A stretch of DNA of 64,000 bases from Acidimicrobiales bacterium (GCA_035540495.1 DATLGL010000064.1:68265-132264); one strand, 5' to 3'. Counted from the stretch's first letter, positions 1 through 8,737 are shown. Program-made: numbers and translations. The notes: generated from the sequence alone by a model not told the origin.

Positions 1-288
1 CTCGCCGTCGCTGGAAGGAGGAAGCCCGAGGTCGAGCTCGCCAGGACGGCGTCCGAGCGTCACGAGCTCCGGGGATGCGATGTGGCGGTGCCACGCATCG
101 AACAACACGACGCAGCCCGGCGGATCGCCACCGAGGGCAGCGAGTGATCGTTCGGCCGCAGGATCGTCGTGGTCGACGAGCTCGAGCACACCGCGCGACC
201 ATCGCACCCGGTGCTCCGCGCCGCCGCACGTGACGGACGCCTCCGCGTCGGCGAGCCCCGCCCACCACGGCGGGACGTGCGGCCTCAC
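1..288 (-). CDS. hypothetical protein, N-terminal part only (continues past window start)
   Basis: Not in the ORF track because it runs off the edge. The reverse-strand frame opens with GTG at 288-286, overlapping the TGA stop (287-285) of the upstream CDS (GTGA coupling). It stays open to base 1: VRPHVPPWWAGLADAEASVTCGGAEHRVRWSRGVLELVDHDDPAAERSLAALGG... No family recognised. Confidence 0.5.
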   Translation of the reverse strand, partial: MRPHVPPWWAGLADAEASVTCGGAEHRVRWSRGVLELVDHDDPAAERSLAALGGDPPGCVVLFDAWHRHIASPELVTLGRRPGELDLGLPPSSDGE

Positions 289-1196
289 AGCCACAGCTGC
301 TCCTCGATGCGCTCCGAGCCGCGCGTGATCCGCACCGACATGCTGCTCACGCCGGCCATCAGCCCGGGACGGAGGCGGAAGACGACCGGCCCGCCCTCGC
401 CTCGCCGGATCCCGACCTGCCCGAGGTGGAGCCGGCCGGCGTCGTCGAAGACGCTGCACCGCCAGCCGACCGTCGACAGCGACGTGTCGGGCAGCTCCGG
501 TGCGTCGACGTCGAGCTCAAGGACCGACTCCGACCACGCGACCTTCCGAACCACGACGGGCCGGCCTGCCATCGTGCCGACGGCGACCTCGAGGTCGACG
601 GACGCGGCAGGCTCGGTGGCGCCGGTCAGCGGCGCAGGACGCGACCGGAGGAATCCCAGCCATCCCCGGTCGGCTTCCCCCAGGGGTGCATCGACGAAGA
701 ACCCCGCCGCGTGGAACGTCGCCGCGACATCGGCGAGCCGTGCCGGCCCGTGCGGAAGCGCGCCTGCGGCCTGCAAGGCGCGCACGGCCGGCCCGAGCAC
801 CTCGAGCACGCGCATCCCGAGCATCGGGTTGGCGCCAGGTTGGATGTCGGCCACGAGGTCGAGGTGGTGCTCGATCTCTGCTTCCAGCCAGCCGTCGCCG
901 CGACGGCGCACCGGCTGCCGATCGGGATCCCACGCCGGAAACGCACGGCCGCCGAACGAATGAGCGACGGTGAGCCCGCGGACGGCGAGCGCGTCGTCGA
1001 GCTCGGCCACGATCGCCTCCGCCCGCGACGGCTCGACAGCGCCGACGACCATCAGTGCGTCGGCGACCGTGCGGAACGAGCGGCGAGCGTCCCAGACGCC
1101 GTGCTCGTCGCCGGCGTGCGTGGCGGAGGCGAGCGCCTCCTCGAGCACCAGCCAGAGATGGGCCTCGCCCCGCCGGTCAGCGAGACGATCGGGCAC
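285..1196 (-). CDS. hypothetical protein (303 aa)
   Basis: Track ORF. The GTG start at 1196 directly abuts the TGA stop of the 72-aa CDS. Composition is balanced, unlike the overlapping Arg/Pro-rich shadow ORFs. No motif recognised. Confidence 0.6.
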   Translation of the reverse strand: MPDRLADRRGEAHLWLVLEEALASATHAGDEHGVWDARRSFRTVADALMVVGAVEPSRAEAIVAELDDALAVRGLTVAHSFGGRAFPAWDPDRQPVRRRGDGWLEAEIEHHLDLVADIQPGANPMLGMRVLEVLGPAVRALQAAGALPHGPARLADVAATFHAAGFFVDAPLGEADRGWLGFLRSRPAPLTGATEPAASVDLEVAVGTMAGRPVVVRKVAWSESVLELDVDAPELPDTSLSTVGWRCSVFDDAGRLHLGQVGIRRGEGGPVVFRLRPGLMAGVSSMSVRITRGSERIEEQLWL

Positions 1197-1415
1197 TCAC
1201 CACTCCCAGTACTCCTGAGGCAACTTGCCCTCGATGGCGCGGATGTTGGCGCGGACGCAGGTCATGCACTGGTAGCGGACGCCGCCCCGCTCGACCTCGA
1301 ACGACCACCCCTCGGGCAGCCCGTCGGCGGGCGCCTCGGCCTGGGAGCCGCAGCGGCTGCACGTGCGCACGACCGGCGACGCGTCGCCCGGCTCGGTTCC
1401 CGGAGGGCCTCCCAC
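1197..1415 (-). CDS. small zinc-ribbon-like protein (72 aa, two CxxC pairs)
   Basis: Track ORF with C-S-R-C ... C-M-T-C and the C-terminus NIRAIEGKLPQEYWEW. It is the first gene of a three-gene coupled string. Confidence 0.6.
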   Translation of the reverse strand: MGGPPGTEPGDASPVVRTCSRCGSQAEAPADGLPEGWSFEVERGGVRYQCMTCVRANIRAIEGKLPQEYWEW

Positions 1416-1432
1416 GGTGACAGGGTAGAGGG

Positions 1433-2569
1433 GTGACGACTCGCCCCGGACGTGCCGACCACTCCCCCGAGGTGAGGGCGCGCGTCGACGCCTTCCTCGA
1501 CGGCCTACCGGTCGGACGCAACCGCGACCTGCTCGCCGACATGCTCCTGAGCGTCGTCGATCTCGCCGAGGGCGACACCGACCGCCTCGACATGAAGATC
1601 GCGTCGGCGGCCCTCAACGAGATGGCCGGCGCGTTCGAGATCTTCGCCCCGTACCGGAACATCCCGAAGGTGACGATCTTCGGCTCGGCCCGGACCCAGC
1701 GCGACGACCCCCTGTACGCCCAGACCCGCGAGGCCGCTGCCGCCCTGGCCAGCAAGGGGTGGATGGTGATCACCGGGGCCGGTCCCGGGATCATGGCGGC
1801 CGGGCTCGAAGGCGCCGGACGAAAGATGTCGTTCGGGATCAACATCCGGCTGCCGTTCGAGCAGGGCGCGAACGAGTTCATCGCGAACGACCCGAAGCTC
1901 ATCGAGATGAAGTACTTCTTCACAAGGAAGCTCATGTTGATGAAGGAGTCCGACGGCTTCATCGTGCTGCCCGGCGGCTTCGGCACGCTCGACGAGTCGT
2001 TCGAGCTGCTCACGCTCGTGCAGACGGGCAAGGCCGAGCCGTGCCCGATCGTCTTCCTCGAGGTGCCGGGCGGCAGCTACTGGCACAGCTGGCAGGACTT
2101 CCTCAAGGGGGAAGTGGCGCAACGCGGCCTCATCAGCGAGGACGACTGCAACCTCTACCGGATCACCGATGACGCCAACGAGGCCGTCGACGAGATCATC
2201 GGCTTCTACCGCAACTACCACTCACGCCGGTTCGTGGGCTCGACGCTCGTCGTGCGTGTCCGGCAGGCGCCGACGGACGACGAGATCGCGAAGCTCAACG
2301 ACGACTTCGCCGACATGCTGACCCGCGGCCGCATCGAACGCAGCGGGCCGCTCGGTCCCGAGGTGAGCGGCAACGACCACGTCGATCTCCCGCGCCTCGC
2401 GCTGTCGTTCGACCAGGTTCACCACGGTCGCTTCCGCGCCTTCATCGACGCGCTCAACGGCCTCGCGTCCGCGCCGCAGCATCCTCCCGTCGCGGCCACC
2501 CGAGAGGAGGCGGCCGGCGGTCAGCCGATGGAGGCCGAGGTGCAGGACGGCGACGGCGATCAGCTGTAG
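1433..2569 (+). CDS. LOG / TIGR00730-family nucleotide 5'-monophosphate nucleosidase-like protein with N- and C-terminal extensions (PpnN-like)
   Basis: KVTIFGSAR ... ITGAGPGIMAAG ... PGGFGTLDESFE (the PGGxGTxxE LOG motif). The 378-aa length is much greater than a minimal LOG domain. Confidence 0.8.
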   Translation: MTTRPGRADHSPEVRARVDAFLDGLPVGRNRDLLADMLLSVVDLAEGDTDRLDMKIASAALNEMAGAFEIFAPYRNIPKVTIFGSARTQRDDPLYAQTREAAAALASKGWMVITGAGPGIMAAGLEGAGRKMSFGINIRLPFEQGANEFIANDPKLIEMKYFFTRKLMLMKESDGFIVLPGGFGTLDESFELLTLVQTGKAEPCPIVFLEVPGGSYWHSWQDFLKGEVAQRGLISEDDCNLYRITDDANEAVDEIIGFYRNYHSRRFVGSTLVVRVRQAPTDDEIAKLNDDFADMLTRGRIERSGPLGPEVSGNDHVDLPRLALSFDQVHHGRFRAFIDALNGLASAPQHPPVAATREEAAGGQPMEAEVQDGDGDQL

Positions 2570-3387
2570 CGGGTGACGTAGCCGCGCGTCCGGAACAGCC
2601 GGAGCATCGCAGCGACCCACGCGACCGCCAGCATCGCCAGCACCACCGCGGCGACCGCGGCGACACCGAGCCGGCCCCACGGGACGCCACCGCCGTCGAG
2701 GACCGACCGCGCCGCGATGAACGCGTGCGTCGTGGGCAGCAACCTCGCGATCGGCTGGAGCAGGCCGGGCAGCGCGTCGACCGGATAGAAGACACCGGAC
2801 AGCGGCATCACGACGAAGAGGATCCCCCAGGCGAGGGCCTCGGCTCCTGCACCGAAGCGCAGCACCAGGCCGATGACGAACAGCGCGATGACCCATCCGG
2901 TCATCAGCAGCACCGCGGCGATGGGAACGAGGGTGAGGCCGAGGTCGGTGACGTCGAACGCGAACGCCAGCAGAGCGAGCAGGGCCACCGCGCCGACGCC
3001 CAGGACGAGCTTGAGCAGCCCGAGCACCACGACGCCCGCGATGTACTCCCATTCCCGCATCGGCGTGACCATCAGGTTGAGCAGGTTGCGCGACCACGTC
3101 TCCTCGAGGAACCCGGTCGAGAGGCTGATCTGCGACTGGTACACGACGTGCCAGAGGAGGATGCCCGCGAGCAGGTAGCCGAACGCCGCTCGTCCGACGT
3201 CGGTGCCCTCGGCGCGGAGGAAGAACGTCGCGATCGATCCGAACAGGAGCACGTCGACGAGCGGCCATATCGTCACGTCGAAGAGACGGTGGGGGCTTCG
3301 CACCATCACGAACCAGTGGCGGCGGGCGATGGCCTTGATGCGCAGCACCGAGCTGTCGCGCCTCTCGGCGTGCGGGATCGCGGTCAT
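2560..3387 (-). CDS. ABC-2 type exporter permease
   Basis: Start re-set to the internal ATG (MTAIPHAERR...), which overlaps the ATPase stop as ATGA at 3384-3387. Six hydrophobic spans. The N-terminal 63 aa of the track ORF are Arg/Gly shadow sequence. Confidence 0.8.
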   Translation of the reverse strand: MTAIPHAERRDSSVLRIKAIARRHWFVMVRSPHRLFDVTIWPLVDVLLFGSIATFFLRAEGTDVGRAAFGYLLAGILLWHVVYQSQISLSTGFLEETWSRNLLNLMVTPMREWEYIAGVVVLGLLKLVLGVGAVALLALLAFAFDVTDLGLTLVPIAAVLLMTGWVIALFVIGLVLRFGAGAEALAWGILFVVMPLSGVFYPVDALPGLLQPIARLLPTTHAFIAARSVLDGGGVPWGRLGVAAVAAVVLAMLAVAWVAAMLRLFRTRGYVTRYS

Positions 3388-4115
3388 TCGTGGTCTTCCG
3401 CGAGGTGGAGGAAGACGCCCTCGAGGTCGTCCCGCTCGAACTGTGTGGCGACGTCGGCCGGAGAGCCGTTCGCCACGACCCGCCCGCGGGAGACGAACAC
3501 GACCCGCTCGCACACCCGCTCGACCTCGATCATGTTGTGGCTCGTCACCAGCAGGGCGATGCCCTCGTCTCGACACAGGTCGAGCAGGCCGGTCCGGACC
3601 CGCGAGGCCACATCGGGATCGAGCGCGTTGGTGGGCTCGTCGAGCACCAGCAGGCGGGGCCGGTGGAGGGTCGCCTTGACGATGCCGACGAGCGTCCGCT
3701 GCCCCGATGACAACTCGGTGCCGAGCCGATCGGCGAGGTGAGCTATCCGGAAACGATCGAGTCCGGCCTCGATGAGGGGATCGGGTGCGGCGATGCCGTA
3801 GATCTCGGCGTACATGCGCAGGAACTCGTGCACGCGCAGGCGTTCCGTGAGCGGGAGGTAGCCGGCCGCGAAGCCGACGTCCATCATCGCCTTCGTGCGC
3901 TGCTTGGGCAGCACGTTGCCGAGGATGGTGACGCTCCCCTCGTCGGGTGTGATGACGCCGAGCAGCATCAGAAGCGTGGTCGTCTTGCCGGCACCGTTGG
4001 GACCGAGCAGGCCCACGCGTTCGCCCGCACCGACCCGCAGGTCGATGCCGTCGACGGCCTGGACGCCGCGGAAGCGCTTCCTCAGCCCGTTGGCGACGAG
4101 GACGTCGGATGGCAT
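3384..4115 (-). CDS. ABC transporter ATP-binding protein (ABC-2/DrrA-like)
   Basis: Walker A GPNGAGKTT, signature LSSGQRT, Walker B LLVLDEPT. Confidence 0.9.
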   Translation of the reverse strand: MPSDVLVANGLRKRFRGVQAVDGIDLRVGAGERVGLLGPNGAGKTTTLLMLLGVITPDEGSVTILGNVLPKQRTKAMMDVGFAAGYLPLTERLRVHEFLRMYAEIYGIAAPDPLIEAGLDRFRIAHLADRLGTELSSGQRTLVGIVKATLHRPRLLVLDEPTNALDPDVASRVRTGLLDLCRDEGIALLVTSHNMIEVERVCERVVFVSRGRVVANGSPADVATQFERDDLEGVFLHLAEDHE

Positions 4116-4125
4116 CCGTGCATCG

Positions 4126-4332
4126 TCACACGTCGCCGGCGGAACCGTCGCGCAATATCCCGACGGCCCGCTCGACCGCGGCCCGTGCTCGGGTCAGCCG
4201 CCGCTCCTCGTCCGGGCGGCCGGTGTCGCCGCGGTCGACCGCCTCGCGCAGCACCTCGATCGCCCGCTCGGCCAGCTCCTCCGCGATCGCCTCCAACCGG
4301 GCGGTGATGTCGTCGAGCTCGCGTGCGGTCAT
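4126..4332 (-). CDS. small helical hypothetical protein (68 aa)
   Basis: Track ORF MTARELDDITARLEAIAEELAERAIEVL..., lying 15 nt after the GNAT gene and 10 nt before the ABC ATPase. No motif recognised. Confidence 0.45.
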   Translation of the reverse strand: MTARELDDITARLEAIAEELAERAIEVLREAVDRGDTGRPDEERRLTRARAAVERAVGILRDGSAGDV

Positions 4333-4347
4333 CGGTCCCCCTGCAGA

Positions 4348-5568
4348 TCAGTAGAAGTCGACGATCGACGGTGTCGCTGTCGAGAACGCCGCCGTCAGCA
4401 GATCGTGGTCGCGGGGTGATCCACCCGACAACAGTCCGGCCATGCGCAGCGTCTCGGCCGTGGCGTAGCCGGTGAACAACGACGAGAAGCCGTTGATCGT
4501 GAGCTGGACGTCCCCATCGCCGCCCTTCTCGAGCGTCCCCGTGCCGCCTTCGACGGTGAGGGTCCAGCTGCCGGCGTTCCAGTCGCACTGCGGGTCGCGC
4601 AGCTCGAGCCCGACGGAGCCTGTGACGGCCGCCGGGAAGCCGCGGGCGGCGACGGCAGCTGATGCGTCGATGACGCGAGCCATCCAGCGGATGTCGAGCT
4701 CGACCTTGGCGTCCTGCTCGGGGAGCAGGACGAGCAGCGGGTGCTCGTGGCCGCCGAGGAACTTCGTCGTGTGGCCCTGTGACGACGAGGAGCCGACGAG
4801 CTTCCAGAGCCCGATGGCGACGTCGGGGTCGTCGGCGCAGAGCTCGTTCACGGTGATGCCGTACGAGTACGGGGGCGAGGCGCGGGCGTGGCGGTAGCGG
4901 ACGTAGCCGGCGAGCTCTCCCCCGTCTCCGTCGACGCCGTACCAGTGCTCCTTGGCGAAGTTCTCCAGGATCGCCTGATCCCACCAGGAGTCCGGGCGAT
5001 CGAGCCACCCCTGGTTGCGCTGCGCGGTGCGCCGGTAGCAGGCCTTGATGGCGGGGATGTCGTCGTCGGTGAGGCGACGCTCGGTCGGCCACGCAACGGT
5101 CGGGCGGATCTGGTTGAGGTGGCGGGTGAAGATCGAGTGCTGGACGAGCACCCCTGCCACCTCGAAGCCGACGCCTCGGTACAGCTTCGTCGACGCCGGA
5201 TAGAGGCCCGCGAGCACCTCGCCCCGCTCGCGGAGGTGGGAGAAGTGGGCTTCGGTGACCCGCGTGCCGTGGCCGAACCCGCGGAACTCCGGCGCCACCG
5301 CCACCGGCGAGTACCCGCCCATCGGCACCGAGCGCCCGCCGAGGAACATGCCGAACGGCCGCACCTGGGCCGCGGCTGCAACCCGACCGTCGAGGAACAC
5401 CGCGAGGTAGCGGTCGCGCATCTGGCGCGCGAGGTTGCGCTCGAAGGCATCGGTGTCGACGAACAAGCCGAACCCTCGCTGGAAGACCGCGTCGGCCTCC
5501 TGCCACTCCTCTTCCGTCTGCGGCGCCCGTACCTCCACAGCGCTGCAACGTAGAGCCTCTACCCTCAC
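4348..5568 (-). CDS. Eis-like GNAT N-acetyltransferase (GNAT + SCP2-like C-terminus)
   Basis: About 400 aa with the layout typical of Eis-family enzymes: ...RGFGHGTRV... in the acetyl-CoA region and a C-terminal sterol-carrier-like part. The start could instead be GTG at 5538 (VEVRAPQTEEEW...). Confidence 0.7.
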   Translation of the reverse strand: MRVEALRCSAVEVRAPQTEEEWQEADAVFQRGFGLFVDTDAFERNLARQMRDRYLAVFLDGRVAAAAQVRPFGMFLGGRSVPMGGYSPVAVAPEFRGFGHGTRVTEAHFSHLRERGEVLAGLYPASTKLYRGVGFEVAGVLVQHSIFTRHLNQIRPTVAWPTERRLTDDDIPAIKACYRRTAQRNQGWLDRPDSWWDQAILENFAKEHWYGVDGDGGELAGYVRYRHARASPPYSYGITVNELCADDPDVAIGLWKLVGSSSSQGHTTKFLGGHEHPLLVLLPEQDAKVELDIRWMARVIDASAAVAARGFPAAVTGSVGLELRDPQCDWNAGSWTLTVEGGTGTLEKGGDGDVQLTINGFSSLFTGYATAETLRMAGLLSGGSPRDHDLLTAAFSTATPSIVDFY

Positions 5569-5570
5569 CG

Positions 5571-6332
5571 GTGATGACTTCCGGCTGCGCCCTCCCCCCC
5601 GCCACCGCCCACGAGTGGGTGAGCTTCGAAGACGACGAGGAGGAGCGCACCTGGGTGTTCGACGTGACGTTCCTCACGAGTCGGTGGACGTGCATCTTCG
5701 GGAACGGGTGTCAGGGCGTCCTCACCGGACCCGCACCCGAGCTCGTGCAGGGGTGCTGCTCGTACGGCGCCCACTTCACCGACGACGAAGACCTCGCGAA
5801 GATCGAGCGCATCGCCGCCGAGATGCCGGCGGAGCACTGGCAGTTCCGAGAAAAGGGCATCACCAAGAAGGGCAACGTCCGCATCGCCCGGGTGAACAAG
5901 GACGGCGACACGATCACCCGTCAGGTCGAGGACGCGTGCATCTTCCTGAACCGGCCGGGGTTCGCGAACGGCCCCGGATGCGCGCTGCACCAGTACGCCA
6001 TCGCCAAGGGCGACCGTCCCCTCGACCTCAAGCCGAACGTCTGCTGGCAGCTACCGCTGCGGCGGGAGGACGCCGACGACGGCGACGGTCACGTCACCTC
6101 CACCCTCCGTCAGTGGGACCGGAAGCACTGGGGTGCCGGCGGCTCCGAGTTCCACTGGTGGTGCACCGAGGAACCCGACGCGTTCGTCGATCGCCGCCCC
6201 GTCTACGAGACGCTGCGCGACGAGATCATCGAGCTCGTCGGGCAGAAGCCGTACGACCGGTTGGTCGCGTACCTCGAGAGCCGCAAGGCCACGACGTACC
6301 TGCCTCACCCCGCCGTTCGTCGGAACGACTGA
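5571..6332 (+). CDS. conserved Cys-rich hypothetical protein (253 aa)
   Basis: Track ORF with protein-like composition. Cys clusters are CIFGNGC, GCCSYG, ACIF, GCALH, VCW and WWC. No family name recalled with certainty. Confidence 0.7.
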   Translation: MMTSGCALPPATAHEWVSFEDDEEERTWVFDVTFLTSRWTCIFGNGCQGVLTGPAPELVQGCCSYGAHFTDDEDLAKIERIAAEMPAEHWQFREKGITKKGNVRIARVNKDGDTITRQVEDACIFLNRPGFANGPGCALHQYAIAKGDRPLDLKPNVCWQLPLRREDADDGDGHVTSTLRQWDRKHWGAGGSEFHWWCTEEPDAFVDRRPVYETLRDEIIELVGQKPYDRLVAYLESRKATTYLPHPAVRRND

Positions 6333-7276
6333 GCGCGCTCGAGCTCCCGCTGCACCCAGCGCACGGCGTCCGCGGTGACGGCGGGGAACTCGCGCCCGAG
6401 CACGAGGGCCGCGTCGTGGTCGCCATGGAGATCGAAGGTCTTCGCGCCGGGAATCGCGTGGGCGAGGCGTCGCTGCTTGCGCGGGCGCACGAGCCGGTCC
6501 TTCGTCGTCACCACGACCGCGGTCGGCACGTCGACCTTCGAGGCATGGGGCCGGAAGTCGTACTCACCGAGCGCTCGTCCGGCGTCGGCCAGGGCCTCCG
6601 GGTCGCCGCGCCGCATCTCGCCCTTCAGCCACGGAACGAGCGGCTCGAGGTCGGGTGACTGCTCGACCATGTCTCGCAGCGCCCGCTCGATCATCCCCCG
6701 CGGACGACCGAGGCGGAGGAGGAACTCCAGGACCGCCATGAACCGCCACGTGAACCGCTCGCTGCGTTTGGCCCGCCACTCGAGCGCGGTGGCCTCGAGC
6801 ACGAGCCCGTGCACGACCTCGGGGTGGCGCAACCACGTGAGCAGCGCGATCGGTCCGCCCATCGAGTAGCCCACGAGGATGGCGGGGGCGGCGTCGAGAG
6901 CGATAAGCGTGGCGGCCACGTCGTCGGCCGCATCCTGGAGCGTGAAGCGCTGCTCGGTGCGGATCCCGCGGCCGTGGCCGCGATGGTCGACCGCGATCAT
7001 GCGGCCGAGCGTCGGGATCGTGTCGTAGACCCGCAGCCAGTTCAGGTCGGCCGACGCCGTCCAACCGTGCAGCAGCGCGATCGGCGGGTTCGACGCAGCG
7101 GCCGGCGTGGCTGCGGGCGCGTCACGAAGGAACATCTCGCCGCGCCCGGGGAGCGGCAAGAGACGCGCGGGCGGCAGGTTCGCCGGCGGGTCCGGCGCTA
7201 GGGCGTCGATCGGGCCGAGGCGCCGGGCGAATCGCCGAGCCCGCGCGAGCTCTGAATGCCAGTCGGTGTGCGGCAC
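6305..7276 (-). CDS. alpha/beta-fold hydrolase
   Basis: HGW ... DHRGHG ... nucleophile elbow GYSMGG. Confidence 0.8.
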   Translation of the reverse strand: MPHTDWHSELARARRFARRLGPIDALAPDPPANLPPARLLPLPGRGEMFLRDAPAATPAAASNPPIALLHGWTASADLNWLRVYDTIPTLGRMIAVDHRGHGRGIRTEQRFTLQDAADDVAATLIALDAAPAILVGYSMGGPIALLTWLRHPEVVHGLVLEATALEWRAKRSERFTWRFMAVLEFLLRLGRPRGMIERALRDMVEQSPDLEPLVPWLKGEMRRGDPEALADAGRALGEYDFRPHASKVDVPTAVVVTTKDRLVRPRKQRRLAHAIPGAKTFDLHGDHDAALVLGREFPAVTADAVRWVQRELERAQSFRRTAG

Positions 7277-7301
7277 CGGAGCTACTTACCCCACGTGGGG
7301 G

Positions 7302-8417
7302 TCAGAGTGATCGATCAGCGACGCGGAACTGGCGCAACCGCGCCCACGCCTCGGGACGGGTGGTGCGCCAGTCGTAGATCGACCCACCGATCGAGCGGTG
7401 CTCGACCGCGGCCCGGAAGAACGAGTCGATGTCGCCGTCGGTCGTCTCGTCGCCGATCCCGCCCACCGGATGGATCACGGCATCCGGGAGGCCGAGGTTG
7501 TTGCGGAGCCGGCGGAGGTTCTCGTTGGTGTACGAGTACGCCTCCCGATGCCCCGACGCCCACGTGCGGTCGGTCCAGTAGCCCATGGTCTGCCAGACGT
7601 CGTAGTACGGCGCGATCTCCCGCCACGGGAACCCCGGCCAGTAGTTGGGGTTGACGACCTCGAGGAGCACCGGCGGCAGGACGATCCCGCCGATCGCCCG
7701 CCCGGGTAGCAGCTCCCGGATCGCTGAGCTCAGCTCGATGAGGCGACGGTTGCGGTCGTTGACGTCCTTGACCTTGCGCGATTCGATGTCGATCGCGATG
7801 CCGTCGACGTCGAGATTCGCGCTGGCGACGATCCGGCGGAGGTCGAGGCCGGGGTCCTCCAGGGTCGGCAGGTACCACGCGACGATCGCGAGGCCCCGCA
7901 GCCGAGCCCGCTCGAGAATCGGGAGCAGGAGCTCGGGTTCGAGGATCAGGTCCGGCGCGTCGTACTTCGTCGTCTGGATGTAGAGCGTCTGGACGCCTGC
8001 GGCCGCCATCTGGTCGACCTGGTCAGGCCCCACGGTCGGCGTCGAGCCCTTGTAGTGGCTCCAGTCGTAGACGTCGACCCACGTGCCGAGCCCCCGGTAG
8101 GGCTCGAGCGTGCCGGCGCTCGGTCGGGTGGGCGCCACCAGGCCTCGGGGAGGGGCGGCGACCGGCGCGGGCGCCTTCGCAGCCACCGTCGTCGGCGGGG
8201 CGGTCGTCGCCGGCTCGGTCGACGCCGTCGCGGGCTCGGTCGTCGTTGTCGGCTCGGCGGTCGACGTGGTGGCCGGCTCTGCGGTGGTCGACGTCGTGGC
8301 CGCGGCCGCGGCCACGTCACGGCCGTCGACCGCCGGCGACTGACCCCGCCCGCAGGCGGTCGTCAGCAGGATGGACGCGACGAACAGAAGCGCAGAGATG
8401 CGGCGGAAACGGTGCAC
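7302..8417 (-). CDS. lipoprotein with Thr/Pro-rich linker and TIM-barrel glycoside-hydrolase-like domain
   Basis: Signal peptide plus lipobox LLTTAC, then a T/P/A-rich linker. The domain GTWVDVYDW...TLYIQT...AWYLP...DGIAIDIES resembles the putative-glycosidase (GHL/DUF4015-type) families. Confidence 0.65.
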   Translation of the reverse strand: MHRFRRISALLFVASILLTTACGRGQSPAVDGRDVAAAAATTSTTAEPATTSTAEPTTTTEPATASTEPATTAPPTTVAAKAPAPVAAPPRGLVAPTRPSAGTLEPYRGLGTWVDVYDWSHYKGSTPTVGPDQVDQMAAAGVQTLYIQTTKYDAPDLILEPELLLPILERARLRGLAIVAWYLPTLEDPGLDLRRIVASANLDVDGIAIDIESRKVKDVNDRNRRLIELSSAIRELLPGRAIGGIVLPPVLLEVVNPNYWPGFPWREIAPYYDVWQTMGYWTDRTWASGHREAYSYTNENLRRLRNNLGLPDAVIHPVGGIGDETTDGDIDSFFRAAVEHRSIGGSIYDWRTTRPEAWARLRQFRVADRSL

Positions 8418-8467
8418 TGCCGACGAGGGTAGGACAAGACGGTCGCGATCAGACCGTCAATCGGTGC

Positions 8468-8638
8468 CTACTCGTCGAGATCCTCGCCGCCCTCTTCCTC
8501 GTCTTCCTCAGCGAGGCACCACGAAGCGTGGTCGGCACCGGGCATGGCGCCGCACTCCGGGCATGGCTCGATGACGACTTCCGTCGTCCGCTTGAGCGCA
8601 CGCGCTTCCTCGAAGCGCCGATGGCGTCCCTTCTTCAC
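8468..8638 (-). CDS. small zinc-ribbon-like protein (56 aa), below the track length cutoff
   Basis: My own translation: GTG start, VKKGRHRRFEEARALKRTTEVVIEPCPECGAMPGADHASWCLAEEDEEEGGEDLDE, TAG stop. GGGAG lies about 9 nt upstream of the start. C-P-E-C plus H...C are possible metal ligands, followed by an acidic tail. Confidence 0.5.
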   Translation of the reverse strand: MKKGRHRRFEEARALKRTTEVVIEPCPECGAMPGADHASWCLAEEDEEEGGEDLDE

Positions 8639-8737
8639 GGGCTCGCTCCCAATCGACAGGTCCTGATCGGGCGTTCACATTACCGCGCTCGCCGCGCTGT
8701 GCGTGCGGACCCTGCGACGCCCGGTAACGTGCGCGCC

